Shown here: in pieces, positions 61,901 to 64,000 of the stretch
Layout of the letters: the number at the start of each line of letters is the position of its first letter
Position numbering within the stretch: the first letter of the stretch is position 1
Assembly (NCBI GenBank): GCA_030141605.1
Contig: JAQGDQ010000071.1
Span: 227,605-291,604, forward strand
Source: Tubiluchus corallicola
Lineage: Eukaryota; Animalia; Priapulida
Direction: 5' to 3'
DNA: 64,000 nucleotides
Notes under the pieces: generated by a model
Seen by the model: only the letters and a program-made list of their open reading frames with translations
Databases searched by the model: none
What the model was told of the DNA's origin: nothing
Program-made: the position numbers and the translations under genes

Positions 61901-63638
61901 TTTGTAGTTTACTGTAATAAATTTACATACAAATCGGCTAAAAATTCTCGGCTCTATGGCATTTTAAAAAGTGCTTACTTGTTTGCGTCTAAACTGTATA
62001 TAACTGTATAAATTAACAGGCGTCTATAAGAATGACAACGACGGCAGCAACGGCAGCAGTAACAATTGTCATTTACGATGGCAACAGTTTTGGCGTATTT
62101 TTTTTAGCAAAGGTTATCCAGCAGAGACCTGTCTTGGGTTGCGTGACCGAGTGGCTTAATTTCGGTCTGGGATGACGCAGTCTTGAGTTCGAGTTTAGCG
62201 GCCGAAAAGTCCAGGACTTGTACCTTGTATATTACTCGTTGTTTTTGTGCTGCTTCCTTCCTTACCTGTATCGTTGTAACGTAACTGAAACAGCCCTTGG
62301 TGCTAATGTTGTCTTTTAGACGAGCGACGGTAAATAAATTTTGTCTTTGGCCTTTAAAGAAGTGGTGTCCTTGGTAAAACCGTTATTCAGAATTTTACTT
62401 TCCTATAGGTGCTGGTCCGAGAGAACAGCTTAATCAAATCACGGGTTTCATCGATGCTTCTAACGTTTACGGATCCAGCGAGGAAGAAGCCACTGTTCTT
62501 CGACAAGGCGAAAGTACGAAAAAGAAATTAACGCTGATTCTTTTCAAACAGCCATGAATTGTTTAAATAAGTAAACGGATTAAAACGAAATTAAATTTCT
62601 AGGTCAATCAAATTTGCATATCTTAAATTATGCAGTAACTATAGTTAACATTTTATATGTTTTTGTAAGTGTACGGCAAAAAAAGGGTAGAGGAAGAGAG
62701 AAAAGTAGATAAAAAAAAAGAAAAAAGGCCACTGGACAAAGGGCCACCAGATAAAGAACTGCCAGAGAAAGAACAACCAGTCAAAGGACAATCCGTTAAA
62801 GCACCACTAGTCAAAAGGCCACCTGTCAAGTAACTGCTACAGTACCACGGACAAAAAGCAATTAGTCAGAAGCCTACCTCCCCGTTTCAAAAGTGGTCAG
62901 AGGACCATCTGCCAGGTGAATGGACTAAGGACCGGTTATTAAAAATTAACCAACCGTTAACCGATGGCCTTTTGTACGGTATTTTTTTGGCCTTCGCATG
63001 GCCTTTTGACTGGTAGTCCTTTGACTCACACCTTGAGAAAGAGGCAAAGTGTGTGTGAAAGGAAAGCGCGGGGAAATAGAAGGAGCGATGGAGTGGGAGA
63101 AGGTCATATTTAGTAAGCGTAAACTCTTCTAAGGTATGGAATATTTCTGTCTTTCTTTTAGATGGTTTGCTGAAAGAAACAGAAGGACAGTTGCTTCCTT
63201 CAAGACCGCTTTCAGACTGTTTTGAGCCAGCACAACATTGCTACAGGGCAGGTATGAGTGCTTCATGCTTCAAAATTTGATTTAATTTTAACCTGATTCG
63301 ACCCGGCTTGGTCTAGTTGGACCTGATCTAATTGAAAATAATTTAAATTTAGGACTGAGCAAAATATTGGTCAGAGACATTTTTATTTTCGGTGAGCAGA
63401 ATTAGCCGCTTTTCCATGAATGTAAGTAAGGTATATCTTACACATGGAGTATAAGTGTTGACTGTTGCTATTGATAGGCGACGAAAGAGCTAATGAACAG
63501 ATTGGACTGACGACCATGCACACTATCTGGATGCGGGAACATAACAGGATTGCTAAAGAACTGGCTCAATTTGCCCCTTCATGGAATGACGAAAAACTGT
63601 TCCAAGAAACCAGGCGCATTATAGGCGCCATGATGCAG
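57605..63638 (+). CDS. Secreted animal heme peroxidase (peroxidase-cyclooxygenase superfamily), 5' part; continues past the window
   Basis: Exons 57605-57692 (signal peptide), 59102-59263 (acceptor uncertain), 59983-60183, 61063-61203, 62409-62513, 63162-63251, 63478-63638: [72 protein letters not shown]. Confidence 0.93.
58697..59022. repeat. Compound (AAT)n/(CTA)n microsatellite
   Basis: Directly visible. Confidence 0.96.
60343..60419 (-). mobile_element. Degenerate tRNA-like sequence (SINE head or tRNA pseudogene)
   Basis: - strand has A-box-like GGCCGTCTAATGG, anticodon-loop-like CTTGTAA, B-box-like GGTTCAAATC, partial acceptor stem GAGGTT/GATCTC, then a T run. Confidence 0.5.
61350..61998 (+). 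mobile_element. Non-autonomous mariner/Tc1 derivative with long inverted repeats
   Basis: 61350-61540 pairs with 61690-61870; centre reads DKGYDTKKLMKEL...[13 protein letters not shown] (transposase N-terminal-like); right end ...AAACTG TA. Confidence 0.65.
62136..62340 (+). mobile_element. Putative tRNA-derived SINE
   Basis: A-box-like TGACCGAGTGG and B-box-like GAGTTCGAGT at Pol III spacing, ~200-bp body, taaataaat tail. Confidence 0.5.
62722..63032. repeat. Foldback minisatellite element (~15-bp AAAAGGCCACC-type units, inverted at the right end)
   Basis: gtcaaaaggccacc-like units at left; tggccttttgac-like units at right. Confidence 0.7.
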
Positions 63639-64000
63639 GTCAGATTTTTGTTACTATTTGTCATCTATGCTGGTGTATGTAGAAACAGTTTGTGTTTATC
63701 AATGTGAGTGTTGCAAAGCCAAAAGTAATTAATACTCTTCTTTCTCCTCGTTCACGTTTCAGCTGCGAAATCAAACTATTTAGCCTGAATGTGTAATTGA
63801 TGTGTCGCCAAGTGCAACGTGTCTATAGAGTATAGACCTTATTATTTCGTATTGTCTGGGAGTGGCACACAATAATCTCGCTAAGAGATTAGTCTTTTGT
63901 TAAACTTTTGTCACTTTAATAGAAGTTTTAATTAAATGCACCATCGTCAGCTCCATGTGCTTGGGTGGCTTCTCCCATTCTATGTGTTTTAGTTGAGATT

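Overview
AT-rich, intron-containing animal DNA, probably a marine invertebrate; the taxon cannot be fixed from sequence alone. No prokaryotic features, rRNA or CRISPR. Spliced + strand genes reconstructed by hand: (1) 3' half of an anion-selective Cys-loop (glycine receptor/GluCl-like) subunit with a two-ORF LINE in its upstream intron; (2) a divergent pentraxin/LamG-fold protein with a KR...YGYGKK tail; (3) a tandemly duplicated glycosyltransferase family 92 locus (one decayed copy, one with an intact catalytic exon but a damaged anchor exon); (4) a complete 12-exon, ~593-aa secreted protein (signal peptide, EGF, Gly/His/Arg/Tyr-rich spacer, Kunitz, 9 more EGF); (5) the 5' part of a short secreted animal heme peroxidase. 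Three decayed multi-exon relics lie on the - strand, two of them pentraxin/LamG-like. Between genes are many LINE fragments, MITE/hAT/Tc1 remnants, SINE-like heads and long microsatellites. Most notable: a ~290-bp hairpin insertion with two outward-facing Penelope-type minimal hammerhead motifs (variant CCGANGA core), and a possible secreted matrix/adhesive gene cluster. Exon boundaries were read by eye and need RNA-seq confirmation.
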